From an uncultured delta proteobacterium (GTDB lineage: Bacteria; Desulfobacterota; Binatia; UBA9968): a stretch of DNA of 64,000 nt. Numbering within the stretch: the stretch's first letter is position 1; every line of letters starts with the position of its first letter. The position numbers and the translations under genes are program-made. Of this stretch, positions 49,731 through 58,875 are shown piece after piece. A model generated the notes under the pieces. That model saw nothing but the letters and a program-made list of their open reading frames with translations. It made no database searches and was not told the DNA's origin. The stretch covers positions 96,001-160,000 of the forward strand of contig CAVSHR010000002.1 in the NCBI GenBank assembly GCA_963727625.1, read 5' to 3'.

Positions 49731-49762
49731 CGTTCCAATCGTTCAAGCCGTTCAAAACGTTC
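49731..49762. repeat. 9-bp-period GTTC(C/A)A short-repeat element
   Basis: cgttccaat cgttcaagc cgttcaaaa cgttc. Confidence 0.7.
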
Positions 49763-49921
49763 GGCACTCGTGATGCGGGTTGCGAATACCCCGTTACCAG
49801 TCTTCGAATCTGATACCGTACGGCTCGCTCGGAGGTGGTTCGTTGACAACAGAGCACCAGGGGAGCAGGATTTATGCATCGGATGATCGGGTTCGACGCG
49901 AGCTAAACGTGAGGGGAATCG

Positions 49922-50428
49922 ATGGGTAAGTCAAAAAGCGTATTTGTATCTTTTTCCCGTCGCGATGAAGCCGCGGCTCGGAGCCTTATCGATGAATTGC
50001 GCCGCCATGAATTTTCCGTGTCGGACGGAGTGGGGGATTTCAAGGCAGATGCGGAATGGCAGCAGGCAGTGGAGAAGGCCATCCGGTCCGCCGATGCCGT
50101 GATTGTGATTCTCGGAGGCAAAGCAGAGCCGACCAAGTATCAGGAACTTGAATGGAGCGTGATCCTGGAATCGCATTGGGCCGATTCCAAAAAGTTGTTG
50201 ATCCCAGTGTTGCTCGGTGACGCCGACCTTCCAAGTTTCTTGGCAAGTTTTCAACCGCTGCACCTGCCTGATGCAACTGGCGGTTGGACCCCTGTAATAC
50301 AAGCTCTGCAAGGCCAAGTTGTGAAGCCAGAGCCAATTTTCGTCAAAGATACCGCGAAACTTAGGGAGCGTTTAAAGATCGTCGAGGAATTCGCCCAGCG
50401 CATCAAAAAAGATGACAACGTCTGGTAA
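49922..50428 (+). CDS. Stand-alone TIR domain protein
   Basis: VFVSFSRRD, AIRSADAVIVIL, YQELEW (putative catalytic Glu), LIPVLL. Confidence 0.8.
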   Translation: MGKSKSVFVSFSRRDEAAARSLIDELRRHEFSVSDGVGDFKADAEWQQAVEKAIRSADAVIVILGGKAEPTKYQELEWSVILESHWADSKKLLIPVLLGDADLPSFLASFQPLHLPDATGGWTPVIQALQGQVVKPEPIFVKDTAKLRERLKIVEEFAQRIKKDDNVW

Positions 50429-50434
50429 CGAAAC

Positions 50435-51055
50435 GTGGCGCAGAGTAATCTCCCGGTCGATCCCAATCAATCGGTTTTCATAAATTGTCCATACGACGCT
50501 GAGTTCGCTCCCCTTTTCGATGCCATAGTGTTCGCTACGGTGTGCTGCGGCTTTGTGCCAAGAAGTGCGCTTGAATCGGGCAGCGTTGCAGAACCTCGCA
50601 TGGAGCGGATCACGAGGACGATTTTCTCGTCCAAGTATTCCATCCATGATCTATCCCGCTGCAAGGGTGAGGGCAGCGAACAGTTGGCGCGGTTTAACAT
50701 GCCGCTTGAACTCGGCATCGCCATTGCCCGGCGCTATACTCAAACCGATGAAGCGCACAAGCATGACTGGTTGCTATTAGTTCCGCAGGGACATCAATAC
50801 GGCCGGTTTGTTTCCGACCTCGCGGGCTTTGATCCAAAACCGCATGACGGAACTGTGAAGTCTATCGTTCCAAAAGTCATGTCCTGGCTGAAAACTCGGC
50901 CTGATGCGGTGCAAACGCCGGAACCGCCGGAGGTATTGGACGCGCTGCCGAACTTCGTTCGAGCAAAATCGGCCCTGGAGCAGGCGTGGAACAACGACAT
51001 CCCGTGGGGCGACATCTTATTAGCTGCGAAAGGACATGTGCCTGAAGCGAGTTGA
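50435..51055 (+). CDS. Conserved hypothetical protein, TIR/nucleoside 2-deoxyribosyltransferase-like fold (inferred)
   Basis: VFINCPYD, SKYSIHDLSR, RFNMPLELG, SDLAGFD. Confidence 0.6.
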   Translation: MAQSNLPVDPNQSVFINCPYDAEFAPLFDAIVFATVCCGFVPRSALESGSVAEPRMERITRTIFSSKYSIHDLSRCKGEGSEQLARFNMPLELGIAIARRYTQTDEAHKHDWLLLVPQGHQYGRFVSDLAGFDPKPHDGTVKSIVPKVMSWLKTRPDAVQTPEPPEVLDALPNFVRAKSALEQAWNNDIPWGDILLAAKGHVPEAS

Positions 51056-51112
51056 CTTGATTCCCCAACCGCGAGGATGATAAGTCTCGGGTAATTCAAA
51101 TCGGAGGTACGT

Positions 51113-51904
51113 ATGGCCGAGCGAGTTTGGGAAAAATTTCTCACGGAACAAGACAAAGCAACGTTGGTCGGCAAAGCCGACCGGCGCGTCGGATTCGGCG
51201 AGCGGCCGGCGCTGTTGTTGATCGATCTTTACCGCTGGGTGTTCGGCGATAAGCCGGAAGCCGTCACCGAAGCGATCAAGACCTGGCCCGGCAGTTGCGG
51301 CCTCGCCGGCTGGAATGCGCTTCCTTATATCCAAAAACTCCTCGCCAAGGCACGCGAGGTCGGCATTCCGATTATCCATGTTACCGGCATGGACGGAGTC
51401 GCGGTCGAGCCCTGGGCATTTCGGCGCGACACCAAAAAGCGCGCGACCATGTCGAAAGCGGAGCTCGATCGCTTTCGCCGCCGCTATGACATCGTCGATG
51501 AAGTGAAGCCCGTTCCGGGAGAGACCGTTTTCAAGAAAGTCTCGCCGAGCGCGTTCTGGGGCACGCCGCTGGTCGGCCATCTCAATTTTCTCGGCGTCGA
51601 TACGATCATCACTTGCGGCGAGAGCACCAGCGGTTGCGTGCGCGCCAGTGTCGTCGACGGCACGACCAATCGTTTGCGCATGGTGGTGGCCGAGGAGTGC
51701 GTGTTTGACCGGCACGAAGCCTGCCATGCGATCAATCTTTTCGACATGAATCAGAAATACGCCGATGTGCTGCCGCTCGATGAAATCATCAAATACCTCG
51801 ACGGTTGGCGCGCCGAGAAAGCCGGGCAGGTCGGTTACGCGAACAATAGTATCGAGTATTTAAAAGATCTCGGTATCGGCGAAGAGTACAAGGGGCTGCG
51901 CTGA
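51113..51904 (+). CDS. Isochorismatase-family cysteine hydrolase (maleamate amidohydrolase-like)
   Basis: PALLLID, KVSPSAFWGT, GESTSGCVRASVVD, NLFDMNQKYADV. Confidence 0.88.
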   Translation: MAERVWEKFLTEQDKATLVGKADRRVGFGERPALLLIDLYRWVFGDKPEAVTEAIKTWPGSCGLAGWNALPYIQKLLAKAREVGIPIIHVTGMDGVAVEPWAFRRDTKKRATMSKAELDRFRRRYDIVDEVKPVPGETVFKKVSPSAFWGTPLVGHLNFLGVDTIITCGESTSGCVRASVVDGTTNRLRMVVAEECVFDRHEACHAINLFDMNQKYADVLPLDEIIKYLDGWRAEKAGQVGYANNSIEYLKDLGIGEEYKGLR

Positions 51905-51912
51905 CGCAGCTT

Positions 51913-51992
51913 GTTCAAAGTTCAACGTTCAAGCGTTCAAGGTCAGTTGGACCGGCGTCCGTCCTTGAACGTTGAACCTTTGAACCTTGAAC
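51913..51992. repeat. Inverted 7/8-bp-period GTTCAA/TTGAAC repeat element
   Basis: gttcaaa gttcaac gttcaagc gttcaag ... cttgaac gttgaac ctttgaac cttgaac between convergent genes. Confidence 0.75.
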
Positions 51993-51999
51993 GCAAGTT

Positions 52000-53181
52000 T
52001 TAGCCCGACCGATCTCCGGCCGGTTGTCGTCTCAAGCCAAACCAAGCCACTAGAAAGACCGCCGCAGACAACGCCGCCATGGCGTGAAAGCCCAATTCAT
52101 AACCGAACGACTGCACCAGCGTGCCGGCGATCAGCGGTCCTAGGCCGTTGCCGAGCGACGTGGAGGCGCGGGTCAAACCGAGCGCTAGCGCTTTGGCATT
52201 GCCGCCGGCGGATTGTAAGGCAAAAGTCGTGGCGCTCACGTTGGTATAACCGAAACCCATTGTCATGATCGCCAGCGGCAGGACCAGCGTTAAGGCGCCG
52301 GAGGCGTAGGGCTGCAAGAGAAACATCGGCACGCCGATGCCGACGCCGAGCAAGATCACGCGCGGCGCGGTGATGCGGTCGCAGAGCCAGCCGCCGGTGT
52401 ATCGTCCGAAGGTGTCGGTGATGCGCGAGATCGAAACCATCGTGCCGACCCAGTCCAGGCCGAAGCCGCGCTGCTGCACGGCGAGAAACGGAAACGCGAT
52501 CCGAGTCACGCCGACCAACATGACGAACGACTGAAATATCGCCAGCGCGGTGGTGAGAAACCAAGTTTGGCGCAGCAACTGCTTGCCTTCGCTCCACAAC
52601 TGGACGGTGCGCTCCTGGGTGACTTCGCGGGAGCGGTGCGCGCCGGCCAGAAACAACAGAATCAAGCCGGCAACCTGTGGCAATAGGTAGAGGACGAAGA
52701 GAGCTTCCGGTCCGAAGACCTTGCCGACGAAGCCGCCGGTCAGCGGGCCGACCGAAAAACCGATGCCGAGCGCGGCCGCGACCTGGCCTTGGGCGCGGCC
52801 CTGTTGGCCCGGCGCGGACTGTTCGAAGGCGATTTTACGGATCGACAGGGCGAACATCGCCTCGGAGATGCCCAAGAGCGTAAAGGCACCGAGGAACACG
52901 AAGTTAAGCTCGAGAAAAAAATTCGCCAGGAGGCTGATCGCGATCGCGCTTAAGGTGGCCGCGACGATCAGCACGCCGGAGCTGAAATAGGAAGCGAGCA
53001 CGCCCGACATCAGGTCGGAACAAACCCGTCCCATGCCGTTGACGAACAGCGGCACGCTGGCAAACGCGATCGAATAGCCATGGGCCTTCATGAAAAACGG
53101 CGCCAGCATGGCGGCGCCGGAAGAGCCGGCGATTTCGACCACGGCGGCGAGCGAGATGAGCGTCAACGGCGCGAGTTTCAT
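52000..53181 (-). CDS. MFS transporter
   Basis: ~12 TM segments, GGWLCDRI, GRAQG motifs. Confidence 0.85.
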   Translation of the reverse strand: MKLAPLTLISLAAVVEIAGSSGAAMLAPFFMKAHGYSIAFASVPLFVNGMGRVCSDLMSGVLASYFSSGVLIVAATLSAIAISLLANFFLELNFVFLGAFTLLGISEAMFALSIRKIAFEQSAPGQQGRAQGQVAAALGIGFSVGPLTGGFVGKVFGPEALFVLYLLPQVAGLILLFLAGAHRSREVTQERTVQLWSEGKQLLRQTWFLTTALAIFQSFVMLVGVTRIAFPFLAVQQRGFGLDWVGTMVSISRITDTFGRYTGGWLCDRITAPRVILLGVGIGVPMFLLQPYASGALTLVLPLAIMTMGFGYTNVSATTFALQSAGGNAKALALGLTRASTSLGNGLGPLIAGTLVQSFGYELGFHAMAALSAAVFLVAWFGLRRQPAGDRSG

Positions 53182-53296
53182 GGCGCCGGATTATAACAGC
53201 TCGCTTGCGGCGCGCTAGCGCAGGGCGGTACATTTACGCTATGGACAGCACGGAGCGTGCTTGATAGAAGAGCAGCCGTAAGCAAGGAGTCGAGTT

Positions 53297-53614
53297 ATGG
53301 AAATCCCGCAGATTCAAATTCACGACGCCAAGGCTAAACTCGATCAAAAGGAATCCCTGTTCGTCGATATTCGCGATCCCGGCTCGTATCGCGCCGCGCA
53401 TATTCCCGGCGCATTGCACTTACACGACGGCAATGTGCAGGAGTTTTTACAGAACACAGAAAAGAATCAGCCTGTGGTGGTGTATTGCTATCACGGCAAT
53501 AGCAGCATGGGCGCCACCGCGTTTCTAATCGAGAACGGCTTCGAAAACGTCGCCAGCATGAGCGGCGGTTTCGAAGCGTGGCGGCAGATTTATGAGCATG
53601 AACCGGGGGAATAG
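53297..53614 (+). CDS. glpE: Thiosulfate sulfurtransferase GlpE (single-domain rhodanese)
   Basis: VDIRDP, HIPGA, active-site loop CYHGNSS, GGFEAW. Confidence 0.85.
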   Translation: MEIPQIQIHDAKAKLDQKESLFVDIRDPGSYRAAHIPGALHLHDGNVQEFLQNTEKNQPVVVYCYHGNSSMGATAFLIENGFENVASMSGGFEAWRQIYEHEPGE

Positions 53615-53707
53615 TTTGGAGTTTTGGGTCTAGGGTTTAGGGTATCGAAGTCACTGATCGACGCTGGAAGAGAGTCTCAAAATGGTACCGAGCGAAGGGA
53701 GAAGAGG

Positions 53708-54661
53708 ATGAGCGTTATCCTAGGAAGCGGCGATTACCGCTACGAAGTGATCGAAAACTGGGGCAACCTGCCCCCTGACTGGAACTTTCATGAGGTCGCC
53801 GCGGTGGCGGTGGATCCGAAGGATCAGGTTTACTGCTTCACCCGCGGCAAGCATCCGGTGATCGTCTTCGATAAGGACGGCAATTTTTTGCGCTCCTGGG
53901 GCGACGGCGTATTCAAGCGGGCGCATGGCGCGACCATCGGCGCCGACGAGACGATTTTTCTCACCGACGACGGCGACCACACGGTGCGCAAGTGCACGCT
54001 GGACGGCAAGGTTGTGATGACCCTCGGGATTCCGGGAAAACCGTCGACCTATCAGGGCGGCGAGCCGTTCAACCGCTGCACGCATGTGGCTTTCTCACCG
54101 CGCGGCGATATTTACGTTTCCGACGGCTACGGTAATTCACGCGTGCACAAATATTCGCCGGACGGAAAGTTGCTCCTGTCATGGGGCGAGTCGGGCTCCG
54201 ATCCCGGGCAGTTCAACATCGTGCATAACATCGTGGCCGACAAGGATGGTTGGGTCTACGTCGCCGACCGGGAAAACAACCGGGTGCAGGTTTTCGATGG
54301 CAACGGCAAATACGAAACCCAATGGAACAATATGCACCGCCCCTGCGCGCTTTACATGGACACGACGAAGAAAGAGCCGATCTGTTTTGTCGGCGAGCTC
54401 GGACCGGGGCTCGGCGTCAACAAAGAGGCCCCCAACTTGGGCAACCGCGTCGATATTTACGACAAGACCGGCAAGCGCTTGGCGCGGCTGGGCGATATTC
54501 ACGCCGGAGAAAAACCGGGGCAATTCATCGCACCGCATGGCTTGGCCATCGATTCCCACGGCGATATCTACGTCGGCGAAGTATCGTGGACAATCATGGG
54601 ACAGCATCTCAAGCCGCCGCGCGAGCTGCGCAGTTTGCAGAAATTGAAAAAGCTCGCATAG
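53708..54661 (+). CDS. NHL-repeat beta-propeller (peptidyl-alpha-hydroxyglycine lyase-like)
   Basis: YVSDGYGNSRVHKY, YVADRENNRVQVFD, APHGLAID. Confidence 0.85.
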   Translation: MSVILGSGDYRYEVIENWGNLPPDWNFHEVAAVAVDPKDQVYCFTRGKHPVIVFDKDGNFLRSWGDGVFKRAHGATIGADETIFLTDDGDHTVRKCTLDGKVVMTLGIPGKPSTYQGGEPFNRCTHVAFSPRGDIYVSDGYGNSRVHKYSPDGKLLLSWGESGSDPGQFNIVHNIVADKDGWVYVADRENNRVQVFDGNGKYETQWNNMHRPCALYMDTTKKEPICFVGELGPGLGVNKEAPNLGNRVDIYDKTGKRLARLGDIHAGEKPGQFIAPHGLAIDSHGDIYVGEVSWTIMGQHLKPPRELRSLQKLKKLA

Positions 54662-54674
54662 CTCCCTTCATTTC

Positions 54675-54740
54675 GTTCAATGTTCAAGGTTCACAGTCTC
54701 CGCTCCCAGCCTTGAACTTTTGAACCTGGAACCTTGAACC
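54675..54740. repeat. Inverted 7-bp-period GTTCAA/TTGAAC repeat element
   Basis: gttcaat gttcaag gttcaca ... cttgaac ttttgaac ctggaac cttgaac. Confidence 0.7.
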
Positions 54741-54773
54741 GGACGGAGGCACAGAGGACAAGGAGGTTCATGT

Positions 54774-55586
54774 ATGCAAAGCAATGTCACTCAGCAGCGC
54801 GTGCCGATCCACGGCGATCCCGGCCAGTGGATCCACGTCAGCGAAAGCCCGCGCCATGTGCGGGTGTATTTCGGTGGCGAGACGATTGCGGACAGCAAGC
54901 ATGCCAAACTGGTGCGCGAGTCGGACGTTTTGCCGGCCTACTATTTCCCCAAAGAGGACGTGCGCACTGATTTTTTCGTGCCGAGCGCGCGTAGAACCCA
55001 GTGCCTGCTCAAAGGCGAAGCGTCCTATTGGTCGATTCGCAGCGGCGGTAAGTCGGCCGAGAATGCGGCTTGGAGTTATTTAAACCCGTCGCCCGCAGCG
55101 AGTGCGATCAAGGATCACTTCGCTTTCGACTGGCCCAAAATGGACAAGTGGATGGAGGAAGACGAGGAGCTTTACAAGCATGCGCGCGATCCGTTTAAGC
55201 GCGTCGATGCGCTGCCGAGCAGGCGCCACGTGCGCGTAGTCATCGACGGACAGACAATCGCCGACAGCCACCGGCCCCATCTCGTCTTCGAGACCAACCA
55301 TCCAGTGCGCTATTACCTCCCGCCGGAAGACGTACGCATGGACATGCTGGTGCCGAGCGCGACCGCATCGCGTTGCCCTTATAAGGGTGCGGCGTCCTAT
55401 TGGTCGGTAAAGACCGGCAACGAAACTTTCGGCGATTTGGTTTGGGGTTACATGGACCCGATTCCGGAGATTCCCAAGATCAAAGGGCTATTCTGTTTCT
55501 GGCAAGAGCGCGGTTGCGACATCTACGTCGACGGCGAGTTAGTGCCGCCGCCGAGAACCAAGTGGGCGAGCGCGCTGAAAAGTTAA
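54774..55586 (+). CDS. Tandem DUF427 protein
   Basis: Two repeats: YYFPKEDV..CLLKGEASYW and YYLPPEDV..CPYKGAASYW; HARDPFKRVD. Confidence 0.88.
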   Translation: MQSNVTQQRVPIHGDPGQWIHVSESPRHVRVYFGGETIADSKHAKLVRESDVLPAYYFPKEDVRTDFFVPSARRTQCLLKGEASYWSIRSGGKSAENAAWSYLNPSPAASAIKDHFAFDWPKMDKWMEEDEELYKHARDPFKRVDALPSRRHVRVVIDGQTIADSHRPHLVFETNHPVRYYLPPEDVRMDMLVPSATASRCPYKGAASYWSVKTGNETFGDLVWGYMDPIPEIPKIKGLFCFWQERGCDIYVDGELVPPPRTKWASALKS

Positions 55587-55602
55587 TTTGCTGCAGGAAT
55601 CC

Positions 55603-56556
55603 ATGCGCGCGCTTTTCTGGAGCGGCAGCGAGTTAAGCTTCGAAACCGCCTATCGCTCGCCGGTTGCGAGCGAGCAATCCGTGCTGGTCAAAGTTCATCT
55701 CGCCGGCATCTGCTCCACCGATTTGCAAATTCTCAAAGGCTACATGGGTTTCCAAGGCGTGCCCGGCCATGAATTCGTCGGCCGCGTCAGCGAAGGACCG
55801 GAGGGTTTCGTCGGCAAGCGCGTGGTCGGCGAGATCAATTTCGGCTGCGGGCGCTGCGAGGCCTGCCGGCGCGATCTCAGCCGACATTGTCCGAACCGGA
55901 GCGTGATGGGGATCTTGAACGCCGACGGCGCATTCGCCGAAGTCGTTTCGGTGCCGGTTGCTAATCTTCACTTGGTTCCGGATGATGTCAGCGACGACGA
56001 AGCGGTATTCACCGAGCCATTAGCGGCGGCCTTCGAGATTCTCACCCAGATCCAAGTGAATCCCGGCGACGAGATTCTCGTCCTGGGCGACGGCAAGCTC
56101 GGCAATTTATGCGCCCAGACGTTGCGCTTGACCGGTGCCAAAATTACCGCGCTCGGCAAGCACGCCGACAAACTCGCACTGATCAAGAAAACCGGCGTTC
56201 GGACAGTTCAACTTAATGACTGGCAACCGCGGCTGTTTGACGTCGTCGTCGAAGCGACCGGCTCGGCTTCCGGTCTTGAGCTGGCGCTTGGCGCCGTGCG
56301 GCCGCGCGGCACGCTGGTACTCAAGAGCACCATCGCCGGCAAGCATCAAGTTTCGCTGGCGCCCATCGTGATCAACGAGATCAACGTGATCGGCTCGCGC
56401 TGCGGGCCATTTCCTGACGCGCTGGAGGCGCTGGCCGCGCGGCAGATTTCAGTCGAGCCGCTGATCGACCAAGTCTATCCACTCAACGAGGGCGTCGCGG
56501 CGCTGAATCACGCCGCGCGGCCGGGGGCACGGAAAATTTTGCTCCGGCCTGCGTAA
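55603..56556 (+). CDS. Zn-dependent alcohol dehydrogenase (MDR family)
   Basis: GICSTD, GHEFVG, CGRCEAC..HC, GDGKLG, GSRCGPF. Confidence 0.9.
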   Translation: MRALFWSGSELSFETAYRSPVASEQSVLVKVHLAGICSTDLQILKGYMGFQGVPGHEFVGRVSEGPEGFVGKRVVGEINFGCGRCEACRRDLSRHCPNRSVMGILNADGAFAEVVSVPVANLHLVPDDVSDDEAVFTEPLAAAFEILTQIQVNPGDEILVLGDGKLGNLCAQTLRLTGAKITALGKHADKLALIKKTGVRTVQLNDWQPRLFDVVVEATGSASGLELALGAVRPRGTLVLKSTIAGKHQVSLAPIVINEINVIGSRCGPFPDALEALAARQISVEPLIDQVYPLNEGVAALNHAARPGARKILLRPA

Positions 56557-56559
56557 TCT

Positions 56560-56584
56560 GGGCGCGATGAATCGCGTCCCTACG
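56560..56584. repeat. GTAG-family REP-like palindrome
   Basis: gggcgcgatgaatcgcgtccctac between convergent genes. Confidence 0.5.
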
Positions 56585-57184
56585 TTAGAACGACGATCCG
56601 GGTTCTGAAAGAAAAGCCGACTCCTCGATTGTCGATTCCCGGCCGAGAATCTTATTGCGGTGCGGGAAGCGGCCGAAGCGCGCGATTACGTCGCGATGGC
56701 GCCGGGCGAAATCCAGATATTCACCAAAAATGCTTTGCTGCTCCAGCGGCACGGCGGCGAACAGTTCTTCAAAGCAGCGGACCGACCGTTCTTGCTGCGC
56801 CGGCGATTCCGCATGCTCGAGCGGTAGATAGAAAAACACTCTTTTGATCGGCCGCAGTCGCAGATCGAGCCGCTGTTCGAGGCCGTCGAGGCACCAAGCC
56901 AAAGCCTTGGCATCGCAGGCGAATGCCTGCGGTGTATCGCGGTAAATGTTGCGCGGGAATTGATCGGTGAGAATAATCAACGCCAAGCGCCCGCGCGGCG
57001 TATCTGCCCAATCATCCAATTGCCCTTGCGCCGCGGCGCGCAACAGGTCTTCGAAACGCCAACGAATCTCACGGTCGATCTCAACGTTTTTGGACCACCA
57101 GAGTTTGGCCTGCGCTTTGCCGACGGCTGCGTCGTCGGCATCGGTGCCGAACCAAAATCGAAGAATGCTCCCGACATCCGTCAT
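56585..57184 (-). CDS. DUF924 family protein
   Basis: ILRFWF, DQFPRNIYR, FFYLPLEHAE, RFGRFPHRN. Confidence 0.92.
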   Translation of the reverse strand: MTDVGSILRFWFGTDADDAAVGKAQAKLWWSKNVEIDREIRWRFEDLLRAAAQGQLDDWADTPRGRLALIILTDQFPRNIYRDTPQAFACDAKALAWCLDGLEQRLDLRLRPIKRVFFYLPLEHAESPAQQERSVRCFEELFAAVPLEQQSIFGEYLDFARRHRDVIARFGRFPHRNKILGRESTIEESAFLSEPGSSF

Positions 57185-57193
57185 TGATCCCGC

Positions 57194-58048
57194 TTAGCGC
57201 AATGGTAATTTTGCGCTTAAGAGCGACTCGACAAATTCTTTTGCCTTGGTCAAGTCGTAGCCGTAAAGCCGGCGCGCCAGCGTCACGGCGCCGATCATGT
57301 CGCCCGACTGCGCCAGCTCCAGTAGCTGGGTTTCCTGCTCTTTGCGGCTCAACCCGTCAAGATCCATAAAATTGACCGAACTCGTGACCGAAGGTTGAAC
57401 CAGAGTATGGCGGGTGAGAAATTCCATCAATTTTTCCGCGCTCGGCACTACGCCCCATTCGATTCTCAGGAGATCGGCGGAACCGAGCTGAACCGGCAGA
57501 TGTTGGTAACGGGTGGAAATGCGGCTAGCGGAATGATTCAACCTGCCGAAGGCCAGCTTGGCTTCAGCCGCCAGTACGACGGCGAGCTGGCGCGTCTGGG
57601 CGTCGAGCTCCAGCTCGACGATGCGACGCAGGCTGAGCGTCGAGCTGCGCCGGTTGCGGTCTCGGTCGGGAAGCTCGCGGTGCTGCTGCACCAGCTTTGC
57701 CGCGCGGATCTCCGAGTAGGGGATAAAAACAACCGTTGGATCTTGGTCGGGAAAATGATCGTTCAAATAGGAGCGAAATTTTATGAACAGTCCATCGTCG
57801 GTCATGCGCACCAGCCAATTGGTCGGGCGAAAGCGAGCGAGGAGAAGTTTTTGAAAGATCAGAAGAAGAACGGCCAGCACTGCCGCGACGTAGTAGGCGA
57901 TCCAGGCGTGATTCGTCCGGCCAAAAATGATCAAGCCGATGGCGACGGCGGCGAGGGCGAGGAACGCAAACAGGGCACGCCCGCGTGAGTAGCGGAAGAC
58001 GATGTCGCGATCGTTTTGCGGCACCGCGGCCGCAGTCATGAATTCCAT
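57194..58048 (-). CDS. Hypothetical membrane protein with C-terminal ribosomal L7/L12-like motif
   Basis: Two TM helices; GDMIGAVTLARRLYGYDLTKAKEFVE. Confidence 0.55.
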   Translation of the reverse strand: MEFMTAAAVPQNDRDIVFRYSRGRALFAFLALAAVAIGLIIFGRTNHAWIAYYVAAVLAVLLLIFQKLLLARFRPTNWLVRMTDDGLFIKFRSYLNDHFPDQDPTVVFIPYSEIRAAKLVQQHRELPDRDRNRRSSTLSLRRIVELELDAQTRQLAVVLAAEAKLAFGRLNHSASRISTRYQHLPVQLGSADLLRIEWGVVPSAEKLMEFLTRHTLVQPSVTSSVNFMDLDGLSRKEQETQLLELAQSGDMIGAVTLARRLYGYDLTKAKEFVESLLSAKLPLR

Positions 58049-58103
58049 AGCATTTTTTAGTCGACGTCTTAACGCCGCGACACCGGCGGAATGAGAGAGT
58101 TGT

Positions 58104-58856
58104 TTAAACGTCGCGGAGCAGCGGACCCAGCCGTTGAAAAAACTCGCCGATGGCGCCGTTATGCACGAAATCGGCAAGCTCGTCGAGCGGCGTCGGGTCG
58201 CGATTGACGATGGCGAGGAGCGCGCCGCTCCGTTTGGCGATGACCGGAAAAGATGCCGCCGGCTGAACTTGCAGCGAGGAGCCGATGACGATGAAAATTT
58301 CGCATTGTTCGCTCCAGACCTGCGCGCGCTGCATCGCCGCAACCGGCATCGACTGGCCGAAGGAAACGTTGGCCGATTTTAAAAATCCGCCGCAATCGGT
58401 ACAAGTCGGCGTCGGCAAACCCTCGTGCCATGCTTCATAAACATCGGCAGGTTGGTACTGCTTGCCGCAATTGAGGCACGTGACCAGACGATCGGAGCCG
58501 TGCAGCTCGACCAGCTTTTCTTCCGATGTGCCGGCGAGCTTGTGCAAGCCGTCGATGTTCTGGGTGATCAGGCCGAGCAACTGGCCGCGCTTTTCAAAGT
58601 CGCCGAGCGCGTAGTGGGCCAAGTTGGGCTTGACGGTCTTGAACAGTTCGTAGGTCGCTTTCTTGAGCTGCCAGTGCTGCACCCGGGCCGGTTCCCTGGC
58701 GAGAAAATCTTGGAACAGCACGGGCCGGTACTTGGTCCAGACTCCGCCCGGGCTGCGAAAATCCGGCACGCCGGATTCCGTGCTGATGCCGGCCCCGGTG
58801 AAGAAGACGATGGATATGGAACTTTTTAATCGACGGGCAAAGTCTTCCAGGTTCAT
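58104..58856 (-). CDS. cobB: NAD-dependent protein deacylase (Sir2/CobB)
   Basis: TGAGISTESGVPDFRS, ITQNIDGLH, ELHG, two CxxC, GSSLQVQPAA. Confidence 0.92.
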   Translation of the reverse strand: MNLEDFARRLKSSISIVFFTGAGISTESGVPDFRSPGGVWTKYRPVLFQDFLAREPARVQHWQLKKATYELFKTVKPNLAHYALGDFEKRGQLLGLITQNIDGLHKLAGTSEEKLVELHGSDRLVTCLNCGKQYQPADVYEAWHEGLPTPTCTDCGGFLKSANVSFGQSMPVAAMQRAQVWSEQCEIFIVIGSSLQVQPAASFPVIAKRSGALLAIVNRDPTPLDELADFVHNGAIGEFFQRLGPLLRDV

Positions 58857-58875
58857 TTGCGTAACTTGGGTTAAT

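Noticed and set aside
58104-58856. Sir2 gene as Thoeris ThsA-like effector for the TIR island
   Set aside because: Canonical Zn-binding CobB deacylase without SLOG/macro domain, 7 kb away in housekeeping context
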